Below, piece after piece: positions 38,664 through 53,112 of a stretch of DNA of 64,000 bases. The DNA is taken from the NCBI GenBank assembly GCA_036149055.1, contig JAYZQJ010000137.1, positions 32,001-96,000 on the forward strand, in the 5' to 3' direction. Below the pieces are notes generated by a model that saw nothing but the letters and a program-made list of their open reading frames with translations, was not told where the DNA came from and did no database searches. The stretch's first letter is position 1. Each line of letters begins with the position of its first letter. A program made the position numbers and the translations under genes. Source of the DNA: Myxococcota bacterium (GTDB taxonomy: Bacteria > Myxococcota_A > Polyangia > Polyangiales > Sandaracinaceae).

Positions 38664-40064
38664 TCAGCCTTCGACGTCCACGCGGATCGAAGCGCGGAAC
38701 CGCCGGACTGGCTGCCCCGTGCGCCGGGCGAGCGCCTCGGCGAGGTCCTCGAGCATGCCGAGGTCTCGCTGCAGCTCCCGGTCGGCCGGGCGCGCCGCGC
38801 TCACCGCCCCGACCACCGCGCGGACCCGGTCGAGCCGGCCCTGGGCCTCGGCGTAGCTCCCGCGCTGGGCGAGCTCGGCCACCCGCTTCAGGTCTCTCGC
38901 CATCCACGCCACCGCGGAGTTGCGCGCGACGGTGCCCTCGGCGACGTCGGTGACCACGAAGACCGGCTGGGCGTTCTCGACGCGCCGCGGCTCGTTCGCG
39001 CGCATGTCGGTGAAGTCGAGGGTGAAGCGGCCGACGGTGGGCGTGCGGTCGAGCGGATCGACGCCGCGCAGGGTCCAGAGCACTGTCCGATGCTGCGCCG
39101 CCCCGAGCCTCCCGACGTCGGCCTGCCAGTGAGGCCCCCGCGCCTGCGCCGTCGCCCCCTCGACCCGCACCACCTGCACCCCCGGCGCCGGCGTGAAGGT
39201 GACGTGCACTCCGTCGGCCACGTCCTCGAGCAGGCCGGCCGCCTCCCGCGCGAAGACCCGCTCGATCTCGTCCGGCGAGTCGAGGAAGTAGTGGTTGCCG
39301 CGGCCCTGCCGGCTCATCTCGACCAGCACGTCGTCCCGGTGGCCGAGCCCCACGCCGATCGCGCTCAGGCGGATCCCGTCGGCGTCCCCGCGCGCCGCCC
39401 AGCCGCCGATCCGGTGCAGGTCGGTGTCGCCCACGTTGGCGACCGCGTCGGTGAGGAGCACCACCCGCCGGAGGTGCGTGGTCGGCTCCTGGGCGAGCGC
39501 CGCGTAGCCCACCTGGAGGCCGTGCGAGAGGTTGGTCGCGCCGCGCGGCTGCAGCCGATCGATGGCGGCGTGCAGCGCCTCGCCCTCGCTCACGCTCGTG
39601 ACCGGCAGGATCACCTCGGCGTAGTCGTCGAACGCGGTCACGCCGACCCGGTCGCGCGGATCGAGCTGATCGACCAGCCGGTGCAGCGCCTGCCGCACGT
39701 AGGTCATCTTGTCCTCCTCCTGCATCGAGCCGGAGCGGTCGACGACGAACATCATCGCCATCGGCGGTCGCACGTCGGGGTTCCGGCCGCGGACCACCGT
39801 CTGCACGACGAAGAGCGGCTCGCTCGACTCCGCGGCCCAGGCGGCGCGCGCGCCCTCGACGCTGACGCCGGCCGCGTGAGGCGCCGGGTCGGCGACCGAC
39901 TCCGGGTAGTCGGCGAGGAAGTCGTCCACCCGGATCTCCGAGGGCTGCGGCAGGCCGCCGTGGGAGGCGACGTACCGGGTCCGGGCGCGGCTGGCGTAGG
40001 CTCCCCCGCAGGCGACCAGGGTGAGCGCGACGAGGGAGAGGGCGAGTTGACGGCGAGCGAGCAT
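38664..40064 (-). CDS. vWA-domain lipoprotein (YfbK-like)
   Basis: LVAC lipobox; LPQPSEIRVDDF; MIDAS DRSGSM..GATN..LLTDAVAN; SD GGAGG. Confidence 0.88.
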   Translation of the reverse strand: MLARRQLALSLVALTLVACGGAYASRARTRYVASHGGLPQPSEIRVDDFLADYPESVADPAPHAAGVSVEGARAAWAAESSEPLFVVQTVVRGRNPDVRPPMAMMFVVDRSGSMQEEDKMTYVRQALHRLVDQLDPRDRVGVTAFDDYAEVILPVTSVSEGEALHAAIDRLQPRGATNLSHGLQVGYAALAQEPTTHLRRVVLLTDAVANVGDTDLHRIGGWAARGDADGIRLSAIGVGLGHRDDVLVEMSRQGRGNHYFLDSPDEIERVFAREAAGLLEDVADGVHVTFTPAPGVQVVRVEGATAQARGPHWQADVGRLGAAQHRTVLWTLRGVDPLDRTPTVGRFTLDFTDMRANEPRRVENAQPVFVVTDVAEGTVARNSAVAWMARDLKRVAELAQRGSYAEAQGRLDRVRAVVGAVSAARPADRELQRDLGMLEDLAEALARRTGQPVRRFRASIRVDVEG

Positions 40065-40079
40065 GAGAACCTCCGGGCT

Positions 40080-41396
40080 GTGTTCGGAGCCCCAACGCGG
40101 CCGCGGCGCGCGGCTTACACCGTCCTCGCCTTCTTTCTGCTCGCGCTCTCCGCCTGCGACCGCGCCGACGTCGACCGCGTCGTCCTGCGCGCCGAGAGCC
40201 CGGCCGGCGTGCCGCTGCATCCGTCGGAGGGATCGCGGCAGGTGTCGGGGAGGATCCCGGACGGAGCCGAGGCCGAGCTGCTCCGGCGCGGGCGCAGCGG
40301 ATGGTTGGAGGTGAGGTGGGAGCAGAGGAGAGGCTGGATCAGCCCCCGCTACGTCGCCCCCGCCTCCACCCCCGCCCCCGCCACCGAGTCCGAGTCCGAG
40401 TCCGAAACCGAGTCCGAGACCGCCCCCGCTGCCGCTGCCGCTGCCGGCCCCGCTGCGGCTGCCGGCCCCGCTGCCGCTGCCGCCCCCGCTGCCGCCCCCG
40501 CCGCCGTCTGGCGCTCACGCGCCTCCTGCCTCGCCTCCCTGCAGCCGCCACCGACGGCCCCGCGGATCGCGACCTGGAACCTGCGCTGGTTCCCGGACGG
40601 CAGCCCGGAGCGCGACCAGCCCACCGACGTGGCCTGGATGGCCTGCGCGATGGCGAGCCTCGGCGCCGACGCGATCGCGGTGCAGGAGGTCGTGCTCCAC
40701 GCGCGCGGCCGGGCGGCGCTCGAGGCGCTGCGCGAGGCGCTGGGGCGGCACACCGGAGGGCGCTGGGTCGCCCACCTCGACCGTTGCCCGCGGGACGGTC
40801 GGCAGCACGTCGGCTGGCTGGTGAACGAGGCCCGCGTGGCCGTCTCGGAGGTCCAGCAGCTGGACGCCCTCAACCCGCTCGGCGGCTGCGACGGACACCT
40901 CCGGCCCGGGCTCGCGGCGCGGCTCGCCTTCGAAGGCGGCCCGGATCTGATCGGCATCAGCGTGCACCTCGACTCCGGACGGGACGGGCGCGATCGACGG
41001 CACCGCGAGCAGAGCTGGGCCGCGATCGAGCGCGAGGTCGAGCGGCTGAGCGCGCGCGACGAGGACGTGCTGGTGATCGGCGACCTCAACACCATGGGCG
41101 CGGGCGACGCGAGCGCCGCGTCCGAGCGCGCCGACCTCGACGCCTTCCTCCGGGGCGCGCGGCCGGGGCTGCGGCGCGTGCGCAGCGACGTGGCCTGCAC
41201 CGAGTTCTTCCGCGGACGAGGCGGGCACCTCGACCACGCGATCGTCACCCTCGCGCTGCGCGAGCTCGAAGGAGACGCGCGCGTGCACGGGCCCTGCGCC
41301 CTCCAGCGCTGCCGGCTCTCCGGCGCTCGCCCCGCGGCGCTCGACCACCTGAGCGATCACTGCCCGGTCGTCGTGTCGCTCTCGGCCGGTCGCTGA
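40080..41396 (+). CDS. Lipoprotein: SH3-like domain + low-complexity linker + endonuclease/exonuclease/phosphatase domain; start uncertain
   Basis: LSAC lipobox; GWLEVRW..RGWISPRYV; IATWNLRWF, AVQEV, SVHL, IGDLN, LDH, SDHCPV. Confidence 0.82.
   Translation: MFGAPTRPRRAAYTVLAFFLLALSACDRADVDRVVLRAESPAGVPLHPSEGSRQVSGRIPDGAEAELLRRGRSGWLEVRWEQRRGWISPRYVAPASTPAPATESESESETESETAPAAAAAAGPAAAAGPAAAAAPAAAPAAVWRSRASCLASLQPPPTAPRIATWNLRWFPDGSPERDQPTDVAWMACAMASLGADAIAVQEVVLHARGRAALEALREALGRHTGGRWVAHLDRCPRDGRQHVGWLVNEARVAVSEVQQLDALNPLGGCDGHLRPGLAARLAFEGGPDLIGISVHLDSGRDGRDRRHREQSWAAIEREVERLSARDEDVLVIGDLNTMGAGDASAASERADLDAFLRGARPGLRRVRSDVACTEFFRGRGGHLDHAIVTLALRELEGDARVHGPCALQRCRLSGARPAALDHLSDHCPVVVSLSAGR
40384..40506 (+). 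repeat. Simple tandem repeats (CCGAGT)n and (GCCGCT/GCCCCC)n encoding an ES/PA linker
   Basis: Visible directly; in-frame 6-bp multiples. Confidence 0.8.
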
Positions 41397-42010
41397 GCCT
41401 CGCCTTCGACACGCGGTCGGGCCGAGAGCAGCGACTCGAGGTCGAGCGTGCCGTCGCCCACGAACACGACGGCGCCCATCAGCACCTGGGGGTCGAAGTC
41501 TTCGTCGGGCGCCCCGTCGTCGTCGACCGGGGCCGGCGCGGGCGGGATCCGCGGCAGCGCCTTGGCCGGCGGGCTCGAGGGGACGGCGGCGAGCCCCACC
41601 GCGGCGAGGGCGGCTCCGGCGACCGCGACCGCGCCGCGGCGTTGCCGTGCCCGGCCGACCAGGCAGTCGGAGGTGATGAGCCGTCCGTCCCGGCGACGGT
41701 AGGCGCGGGCGCAGAGCTCGCCCTCGTGGGCCACCAGCAGCGCCGCGGCCTCCGTCGCGGTCAGCCCGGTCAGGTCGTAGACCTTCCGGTCGCAGAGCCC
41801 GCACTCCCGGACCGGTCCATCTCCGACCATCGCCTCCCACCTGGCCGGGCACGAGAAGGCGCCGCGCGCCGACCCCACGATGAGCCGCGCCGCCTCGGCG
41901 CGGTGCGCGTCGATCTCCGCCTCGACCGCCGCCAGCTGCGCGGCGTCTCCTCCGGTTCGTAGCGCGTCGCGTCTGGCGACGAGGGCCTCGAGCTGGCTGC
42001 GGAACGGCAT
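41357..42010 (-). CDS. Hypothetical membrane protein with a Cys-containing (possibly Zn-binding) domain
   Basis: CPARWEAM.GD..RECGLCDRKVYDL...LCAR..RRDG..TSDC followed by one TM. Confidence 0.7.
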   Translation of the reverse strand: MPFRSQLEALVARRDALRTGGDAAQLAAVEAEIDAHRAEAARLIVGSARGAFSCPARWEAMVGDGPVRECGLCDRKVYDLTGLTATEAAALLVAHEGELCARAYRRRDGRLITSDCLVGRARQRRGAVAVAGAALAAVGLAAVPSSPPAKALPRIPPAPAPVDDDGAPDEDFDPQVLMGAVVFVGDGTLDLESLLSARPRVEGEAQRPAESDTTTGQ

Positions 42011-42143
42011 GCGGGGGCCGACACCGGGCGGCGTGGGAGGTTCCGCGGCGGGTCCAGAGGCGCAGTCGGGGCGCGATGACACGGTCGATCGCCCGTCCCG
42101 CGCCGCGACGGTGGCTGGATCGTGGGCTGCTTCTCCCTTCGTC

Positions 42144-42500
42144 ATGCACCGATCGATCCCCGCGCTCTTCGTCGTCGCCCTCCTCGTCGCCGCCCTCGAC
42201 GCGCCAGGCGTCGCGCAGGACGCGCCGCCGCCGCCGGGGCAGCTCCGGATCGAGCTGAGCGCCGAGGTCGAGAGCGACGACGACGCGGTGTTCCGCTGGC
42301 GCGTCCATCCCGCCGAGGCGCTGACCTGCACCCTCGACGCGGACGGCGACGGCATCTTCGAGCACAGCGTCGAGGACTGCGACGCCACCACCGAGCTGCG
42401 CCACGGCTACGACGAGGACGGGACCTACCACGCGATCTTCGTCGCGCGCTCGCGCGACGGGCGATCGGGGCAGGCCTCCGTCACGGTCACGATCGATTGA
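42144..42500 (+). CDS. Small secreted PKD-like protein
   Basis: Signal peptide; LDADGDG..HGYDEDGTYHA...VTVTID. Confidence 0.7.
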   Translation: MHRSIPALFVVALLVAALDAPGVAQDAPPPPGQLRIELSAEVESDDDAVFRWRVHPAEALTCTLDADGDGIFEHSVEDCDATTELRHGYDEDGTYHAIFVARSRDGRSGQASVTVTID

Positions 42501-42507
42501 CGCTGAC

Positions 42508-43413
42508 TCACGGGGTGACGCAGCCGCACCCGCAGGCCTCGTCGATGGAGCTCGCGCCGTCGGGGCAGCGATAGGTGAGCGCGGCGCACTCGCGCACGTC
42601 GAACGAGATGTAGTCGACGCCGGCTGCGGCGGGGTCGGGGCAGGTCCCGGGGTCGGCCAGGCAGCCACAGCCGCAGTCGTCCTCGAAGGGCGACCAGCCC
42701 GGCTCGCAGTGCGGCACCCCGGCGAGCGCGCACTCGTCGGGATCGCGGAGCTGGTACTGCGCGCCCGGTCGCGTGTCGCCGGTGCAGGTCGGGGCGACCG
42801 GCCGGCAGCCGCAGCCGCAGTGATCCGAGAACTGCTCGGTGCCCGGGTCGCAGAGGAAGTCGCCGATGAGCGCGCACATCTCCGGATCCATGCTCTCGTA
42901 GCGCACGCCGGGCTCGGCCGGATCCGGGCAGCGGGGCGCGGTGGGCCGGCAGCCGCAGCCGCAGTCGTCCGAGAACTGCTCGGTGCCCGGGTCGCAGAGG
43001 AAGTCGCCGATGAGCGCGCACCGCTCCGGGTCCCCGCTCTCGTAGCGCACGCCCGGCTCGCTCGGGTCGGGGCAGGCCGCGACGCCCCCGACGCAGCCGC
43101 AGCCGCAGGCGTCGGAGAAGAGGGTCTCGCCCGGCGCGCAGCCGAAGAGCGCGGCCGCGCAGGTGCCGACGTCGGTCGACACGTAGCGCACGGCGGGGTC
43201 GGCCGGGTCGGGGCACCCGGCGCAGTCGTCGTCGGGCAGCGGGCAGAAGGCGTCGCAGACGCCGTCGCCGTAGAAGCCCTCGGACGCGCAGAGATCGGTG
43301 CCGTCGTCGGCGCGGCCGCCCATCAGGCGGGCCTGCTCGCGGGTGATCCCCGAGCCGGAGACGCAGCCGGCGAAGAGGGCTGCGGTGAGGAGAATCGAAG
43401 CGGGGGCTCTCAT
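42508..43413 (-). CDS. Cys-rich repeat lipoprotein (5 units of about 47 aa ending CGCGC)
   Basis: LFAGC lipobox; CPDPxxPxVRY..D...C....C.PG...FSDxCGCGC; two units near-identical at DNA level (144-bp period). Confidence 0.8.
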   Translation of the reverse strand: MRAPASILLTAALFAGCVSGSGITREQARLMGGRADDGTDLCASEGFYGDGVCDAFCPLPDDDCAGCPDPADPAVRYVSTDVGTCAAALFGCAPGETLFSDACGCGCVGGVAACPDPSEPGVRYESGDPERCALIGDFLCDPGTEQFSDDCGCGCRPTAPRCPDPAEPGVRYESMDPEMCALIGDFLCDPGTEQFSDHCGCGCRPVAPTCTGDTRPGAQYQLRDPDECALAGVPHCEPGWSPFEDDCGCGCLADPGTCPDPAAAGVDYISFDVRECAALTYRCPDGASSIDEACGCGCVTP

Positions 43414-43490
43414 GTCCATTCCTTTCTCTGGACGCACCTCGCCGTCCGCTCCGAGCGGAGCGCGTGAGGGGCGTCGAACCTGGGCGGGGG

Positions 43491-44177
43491 TCAGTCGCGG
43501 CCGTCGACGAAGAGCGAGATCGGGCGGCGGTCCGCCATCGGCGCGGTCGACTCGAGGAAGACGATGCCCTCGGCCGGGCCCGGCGCGGTCGGGGTCGCCG
43601 CCACGACCAGCTCCGCCGCCTCGCCGTCGGCCAGCGCGGTCGGGGCGCTCACGATCTCGAACGGGCCGTCGGTGCGGAGGCGCGCCGGGGCGAAGGTCAG
43701 GGGCTCACCGCAGTCGTTCGTGACCGTGACCCGCTGCTCCAGCCGCCCGCCGACCGGCACGTCGCCGAAGTCGAGCTCGAGCTCGGTCACGAAGCAGTCG
43801 GCCAGGGGGCGCGGCGCCGGACGCAGGGTCGCGGGCTCGCCCTCGCCGACGAGGTCCACCGGCGCCGAGCGGGCCGCGCCCACCCGGGCCTGGACGCGGT
43901 GCTCGTCCTCGATCGGGCCGATCGCGGTCACGCTGAAGCGGCCGTCCGCGGCCACCGGCTCGGCGCGGGGCGGCGCGTCGCCGTCGAGGTGGACCACGAC
44001 CACCACGCCCTCCGGGGGATCGACCCGCCCGGTGAAGGCGGGCAGGCCGACGCCGCCGGTCGGAGGCTCGGCCATCGAGTCGACGTCGAGGTTCGGCGGG
44101 CTCGGCTGGGGGCTCACCCCGCACGCCGGGAGCGCGAAGAGGAGGAGCGTCAGCGCCAGTTTGCGGAAGCGAAGCAC
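43491..44177 (-). CDS. Lipoprotein with Ig-like (ASH/choice-of-anchor-D-like) domains; start 44177 or 44201
   Basis: LPAC lipobox; LDFGDVPVG...[11 protein letters not shown]...PF; real gene at the 3' end of the 2658-aa shadow ORF. Confidence 0.72.
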   Translation of the reverse strand: MLRFRKLALTLLLFALPACGVSPQPSPPNLDVDSMAEPPTGGVGLPAFTGRVDPPEGVVVVVHLDGDAPPRAEPVAADGRFSVTAIGPIEDEHRVQARVGAARSAPVDLVGEGEPATLRPAPRPLADCFVTELELDFGDVPVGGRLEQRVTVTNDCGEPLTFAPARLRTDGPFEIVSAPTALADGEAAELVVAATPTAPGPAEGIVFLESTAPMADRRPISLFVDGRD

Positions 44178-44189
44178 GACCCGACCCAG

Positions 44190-44205
44190 CGCAGCGACCA
44201 TGCCA
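44190..44205 (-). promoter_or_regulatory. Sigma-54 (-24/-12) promoter candidate
   Basis: TGGCATGGTCGCTGCG, GG-N10-GC, divergent from a sigma-54 activator gene. Confidence 0.55.
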
Positions 44206-44236
44206 GCTCCGGGTTCGGCCGGCATCGAGTTTTGGT

Positions 44237-44270
44237 TGTCTCGAAGTGTCTCGTCTTGTATCGGTGTCTC

Positions 44271-44271
<1 letters not shown>
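44237..44271. promoter_or_regulatory. Direct repeats TGT(C/A)TCG x4, first three at a 10-bp period; candidate enhancer-binding-protein site
   Basis: Copies start at 44237, 44247, 44257 and 44265. Confidence 0.55.
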
Positions 44272-48899
<4,628 letters not shown>

Positions 48900-48953
48900 G
48901 GTCCCGCCCGGCAGGTGTTGACGGGCGGGGGAGGGCGGTGAAGGGTCCGCGCC

Positions 48954-49976
48954 ATGACGACGTGGCTCGACGAGGTGGTGAGCGGGACCGAGCGCCGGCT
49001 GCAGGCGTTCTTCGACGAGGAGCGGGCGCGGCTCGAGGCGCTCGCGGTCGAGTCGGCCGAGCTGGTCGAGGCGCTGGAGAGCCTGACCATGCGCGGCGGC
49101 AAGCGCCTCCGCCCGGCGGTGCTCTTCGCGGGGTTCAAGGCGGTGAAGCCCGCCGGCGGCTTCGACGAGGTCGCCGACGCGTGCGCCGCGCTGGAGCTGC
49201 TCCAGACCTACCTGCTCGTGCACGACGACTGGATGGACGGCGACGCCGAGCGGCGCGGCGGCCCGTCGGTGCACCACAGCCTCGGCGAGCGCCACGGCGA
49301 CGGTCACCTCGGCGCCTCGCTGGCCATCCTCGCCGGCGATCTCGCCAGCGCCCAGAGCTGGCGCCTCCTCATGAGCGCGACCGACGACCCCGACCGGCGC
49401 GCGGCGCTGACCGCGGTGGCCCTCCGCATGCACGAGGAGGTCATCGTCGGCCAGCAGCTCGACGTGCTCGCGGTGGAGGACGTCTCCCGCATGCACCAGC
49501 TCAAGACCGGCAGCTACACCCTCCGCGGTCCGCTGGCGCTCGGCGCGGTGCTCGGCGACGCGACCGAGGCCCAGCGCGCGGCGCTCGACGCCTTCGGTCT
49601 CCCGCTCGGCGAGGCGTTCCAGATCCGCGACGACATCCTCGGCACCTTCGGCGACCCGAGCGCGACCGGGAAGCCGGCCGGCAACGATCTCCGCGCCGGC
49701 AAGCGCACCTCGCTGGTCCGCGCCGCCGAGCAGTCGGGCGACGAGGCGGCCCTCGCCGCGATCCGCAAGGTGCACGGCAAGGCCGACGCGGCCGACGCCG
49801 ACGTCGCCGCCGCCATCGCCGCCCTCGAGTCCTCGGGCGCCAAGGCGTCCGTGCTCTCCCGCCTGGAGCGGCTCCTGAAGGAGGCGCACGCGGCGATCGA
49901 GGGCGCCGAGCTGTCGGACGAGGGCCGCGCGATGCTCCGCGCGCTCGCCGAGAAGCTCGCCGTCCGGAGCACGTGA
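48954..49976 (+). CDS. Polyprenyl (geranylgeranyl) diphosphate synthase
   Basis: GGKRLRP, LVHDDWMDGDAERRG, GQQLD, KTGSY, FQIRDDILG. Confidence 0.93.
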   Translation: MTTWLDEVVSGTERRLQAFFDEERARLEALAVESAELVEALESLTMRGGKRLRPAVLFAGFKAVKPAGGFDEVADACAALELLQTYLLVHDDWMDGDAERRGGPSVHHSLGERHGDGHLGASLAILAGDLASAQSWRLLMSATDDPDRRAALTAVALRMHEEVIVGQQLDVLAVEDVSRMHQLKTGSYTLRGPLALGAVLGDATEAQRAALDAFGLPLGEAFQIRDDILGTFGDPSATGKPAGNDLRAGKRTSLVRAAEQSGDEAALAAIRKVHGKADAADADVAAAIAALESSGAKASVLSRLERLLKEAHAAIEGAELSDEGRAMLRALAEKLAVRST

Positions 49977-50020
49977 GCGTTCTCCTGAAAGAAATCGGAG
50001 CGGCGTCCGTATCCTGAGGT

Positions 50021-50203
50021 GTGCAGTCGTTGAGCGCCCTCTTCCGCCGCCTTTATCGCAGGCCCCGCCTCCGCCTCGCTCCCGAGGGCGGCGCCTGGCT
50101 GGCCAACTCGCTCCACACCGAGTGGCACGACGCGATGGACACGCAGAAGGTCCCGGCGCTCTCCGCCGCCGCCGCGCGCGAGGTGCTGCGAGCGGCGGGG
50201 TGA
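50021..50203 (+). CDS. Small hypothetical protein (60 aa)
   Basis: Fills an intergenic gap; TATCCT 5 nt before GTG. Confidence 0.45.
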   Translation: MQSLSALFRRLYRRPRLRLAPEGGAWLANSLHTEWHDAMDTQKVPALSAAAAREVLRAAG

Positions 50204-50273
50204 GCGGCTCGCGATGCGCACGGTTCGTCGACGACCGTGCGGGGCGGCGCCGGTGGGCTATCCTCCGCGCGCC

Positions 50274-51488
50274 GTGAGCTCCAAGAAGGTGGCGATCCTG
50301 GGCGGTGGGCCCGCCGGGAGCGCGCTCGCGCTGCACCTCGTGCGGCGCGGCGTCGACCCGGACGATCTGGTGATCCTCGACAAGGCCCGCTTCCCGCGGC
50401 CCAAGCTCTGTGGAGGCGCGCTCACCTGGCGTGGCACCGAGGCGCTGGGGGCGCTGATCGGCGAGCCCCCGGGCGGCGCCCGGACGGTCGGGCTCTCGTT
50501 TCGCTCGGCCCTCGGCGACATGGAGGTCTTCGAGCGGGGCGGGCAGTGGCTCTACGACCGCGCCCTGCTCGATCACCGGCTGCTCCAGGCGGCGCAGGCC
50601 GCGGGCGTCGAGGTCCGCGAGGGCGAGGCGGTGACCGAGCTGAGCCCGAGCGCGGGGGGCTGGCGGGTGGTGACGGCGTCCGGCGCCGAGACCTATCCCT
50701 GGGTCGCGGGCGCCGACGGCGCGTGCGGGATCAGCCGGCGGGCGAGCGAGCTGCCCGGAGGGATCACCGGGCGCCTGGTCGAGGCGGTCTTCGAGCCGGT
50801 CGGCGAGACCCCCGATCCGTCGCTCCTCCACTTCGACTTCGACCCGCTCCTCGACGGCATCCCGGGCTACGCGTGGATCTTCCCGTACCCGAAGCCGGGC
50901 GCGGACGGCCTCTGGAAGCTCGGCATCATGGACGGCCGCGGGCAGGTGCCGGGCAAGGAGCTCCGGCGCTGGACGATGCAATTCGCCGAGCGGCACGGCT
51001 TCCGCCTGGTCGACGACAAGCTCGCGGGCTGGCCGGAGCGTTACTACGACGCCTCGACCCGCGGCCATCGCCCCGGGCTGGTGCTGGTCGGTGAGGCGTT
51101 CGGCATCGACGCGCTGCTCGGCGAGGGCATCGCGCCGGCGCTCTACCACGCCGAGTACGTCGCCGAGCGGCTGAAGGGCGCGCTCGATCGGGGCGTCGAC
51201 CGGATCCGCGGCTTCGAGCGCGGCTTCCTCCGCACCCTCGAGGGCCGGAACCTCTGGTTCCAGGCGCGCCTCGCCGATCGCATCTACGGGCCGCGCGGGC
51301 TCAGCTGGCTCAAGACGCTCTTCGGCCTGCCCCGGCTCACCCAGCTCGCGAACGCGGGCGGCGACGCCTACGGACGGCTGAGCCGGCGCATCCCGTCGCT
51401 CATCGGGAGCTACCTCCTCTACCTCGCCACCCACGGCCTGCCGAGCAACGCGGCGCCGGCCCACCAACCCGAGCAGCAGGCGCCATGA
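50274..51488 (+). CDS. Geranylgeranyl reductase-family FAD-dependent oxidoreductase
   Basis: [41 protein letters not shown]. Confidence 0.88.
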   Translation: MSSKKVAILGGGPAGSALALHLVRRGVDPDDLVILDKARFPRPKLCGGALTWRGTEALGALIGEPPGGARTVGLSFRSALGDMEVFERGGQWLYDRALLDHRLLQAAQAAGVEVREGEAVTELSPSAGGWRVVTASGAETYPWVAGADGACGISRRASELPGGITGRLVEAVFEPVGETPDPSLLHFDFDPLLDGIPGYAWIFPYPKPGADGLWKLGIMDGRGQVPGKELRRWTMQFAERHGFRLVDDKLAGWPERYYDASTRGHRPGLVLVGEAFGIDALLGEGIAPALYHAEYVAERLKGALDRGVDRIRGFERGFLRTLEGRNLWFQARLADRIYGPRGLSWLKTLFGLPRLTQLANAGGDAYGRLSRRIPSLIGSYLLYLATHGLPSNAAPAHQPEQQAP

Positions 51489-52564
51489 TCTACCGCGCGC
51501 TCGTCCGTCCCCTCTTCTTCATGCTGCCGCCCGAGGCCGCGCACCACGCCGCGTTCGGGGCCCTGCGCTTCTCCATGGCGGTGCCGGGGATCGGCGCGCT
51601 GACCGAGTCCCTGCTCGCGCCCTCGGATCCGGCGCTCGAGGTCGACGCGTTCGGGGTGCGCTTCCCGACGCCGGTCGGGCTCGCGGCCGGCTTCGACAAG
51701 GACGCGATCGGCTTCGGCGCGCTCGCGCGGCTGGGCTTCGGTCACGTCGAGGTCGGCACGCTCACCGCGCACGCGCAGCCCGGCAACGACAAGCCGCGCA
51801 TGTTCCGTCTCCCCGCCGATCGCGCGCTCATCAACCGCATGGGCTTCAACAACCGCGGCTCGGCCGACGCGGTGCGCAGGCTCGCGACGCCCCGGCGCAT
51901 CCCGCTCGGGGTGAACATCGGCAAGAGCAAGCTCACGCCGGAGGCGGAGGCCGCGGAGGACTACCGGACCAGCGCGCTCCGGGTCGCGCCCCACGCCGAC
52001 TACCTCGTGGTCAACGTCAGCTCGCCGAACACGCCGGGGCTCCGCGACCTGCAGGCGGTGGAGAAGCTGAGGCCGATCCTCGCCGCGGTGCGCGAGGCCT
52101 CCGAGGAGGCCTGCGAGACGCCGCCGCCGCTGCTGGTGAAGATCGCCCCCGACCTGAGCGACGAGGACGTCGACGCGGTCGGCGCGCTCGCGCTCGATCT
52201 GCAGCTCGCCGGGGTCATCGCCACCAACACCACCATCTCGCGCGCCGGCCTGCGCACGCCCGAGCCGGAGTCGTTCGGGCCCGGCGGGCTCAGCGGCGCC
52301 CCGCTCAAGGCGCGCGCCCTCGAGGTCATCGCGCGCCTGCGGCGGGCGGTCGGGGATCGCTGCGCGCTCATCGCGGCCGGCGGCATCGAGGACGCGGACG
52401 ACGCCTGGGCGCGCATCACCCACGGCGCGTCGCTCGTCCAGATCTACACCGGCTTCATCTACGGCGGCCCGCTGGCCCCGCGTCGGATCGCGCTCGGTCT
52501 CGCGGAGCGCGCGCGCGCCGAGGGCTTCGAACGGGTCAGCGACGCGATCGGCTCCGCGATCTGA
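51485..52564 (+). CDS. pyrD: Quinone-dependent dihydroorotate dehydrogenase
   Basis: [42 protein letters not shown]. Confidence 0.96.
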   Translation: MIYRALVRPLFFMLPPEAAHHAAFGALRFSMAVPGIGALTESLLAPSDPALEVDAFGVRFPTPVGLAAGFDKDAIGFGALARLGFGHVEVGTLTAHAQPGNDKPRMFRLPADRALINRMGFNNRGSADAVRRLATPRRIPLGVNIGKSKLTPEAEAAEDYRTSALRVAPHADYLVVNVSSPNTPGLRDLQAVEKLRPILAAVREASEEACETPPPLLVKIAPDLSDEDVDAVGALALDLQLAGVIATNTTISRAGLRTPEPESFGPGGLSGAPLKARALEVIARLRRAVGDRCALIAAGGIEDADDAWARITHGASLVQIYTGFIYGGPLAPRRIALGLAERARAEGFERVSDAIGSAI

Positions 52565-53083
52565 TCAGAAGAGCATCATCGTGCCGTCGGCCAGGTCGCC
52601 GAGGCTCGTCTCCTTCGGCGGGAAGCAGCCGCCCCACTCGACGCCGAGCGCCACCGTGGTGCCCTCGTGCTCGAAGACGACGTGGAACGGCGGCGCGGCC
52701 GGCCAGTTCGCGGCCAGACAAGGCAAGCCGATGCGACACCGGATGCCCATCTGGGCGAGCTCGTACTTGAGGCGCCCGGCCCACACGTTGGCGAGCTCGA
52801 GGGCGAAGTCCTCGATCAGCTCCGGGTCGGCGCTGCCGAGCTGCCGCTCGAGCTCGCGCATCACCACCTGGCGGCAGGTCACGATGGTCAGGTCGACGTC
52901 GAAGGAGTCGCCCTCGGCGCCGATGCGCACCACGTAGCAGCCCGGGGGCCGTTGCAGCCGCCAGGCGTCCTCGACGCGCCGCACCTCGGGGCCGACGACG
53001 GTGTCGGCGGCGCGGCTGAGGGCTCGGAGGAGGACGTGGTCCGGCGGCAGGTCGGCGATGCGCACGGTGAGGCCGAACGGCAC
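52565..53083 (-). CDS. CheX/CheC-like protein; start uncertain
   Basis: IEDFALELANVWAGRLKYELAQMG..IGLP resembles the CheX E-x2-N motif. Confidence 0.6.
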   Translation of the reverse strand: MPFGLTVRIADLPPDHVLLRALSRAADTVVGPEVRRVEDAWRLQRPPGCYVVRIGAEGDSFDVDLTIVTCRQVVMRELERQLGSADPELIEDFALELANVWAGRLKYELAQMGIRCRIGLPCLAANWPAAPPFHVVFEHEGTTVALGVEWGGCFPPKETSLGDLADGTMMLF

Positions 53084-53112
53084 GGGCCCCACCTGGTTTG
53101 AGGGGGCGCGCC

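Noticed and set aside
43445..43459. TCCGCTC-C-GAGCGGA palindrome as a terminator
   Set aside because: One-nt loop and no U-tract; too weak in GC-rich DNA
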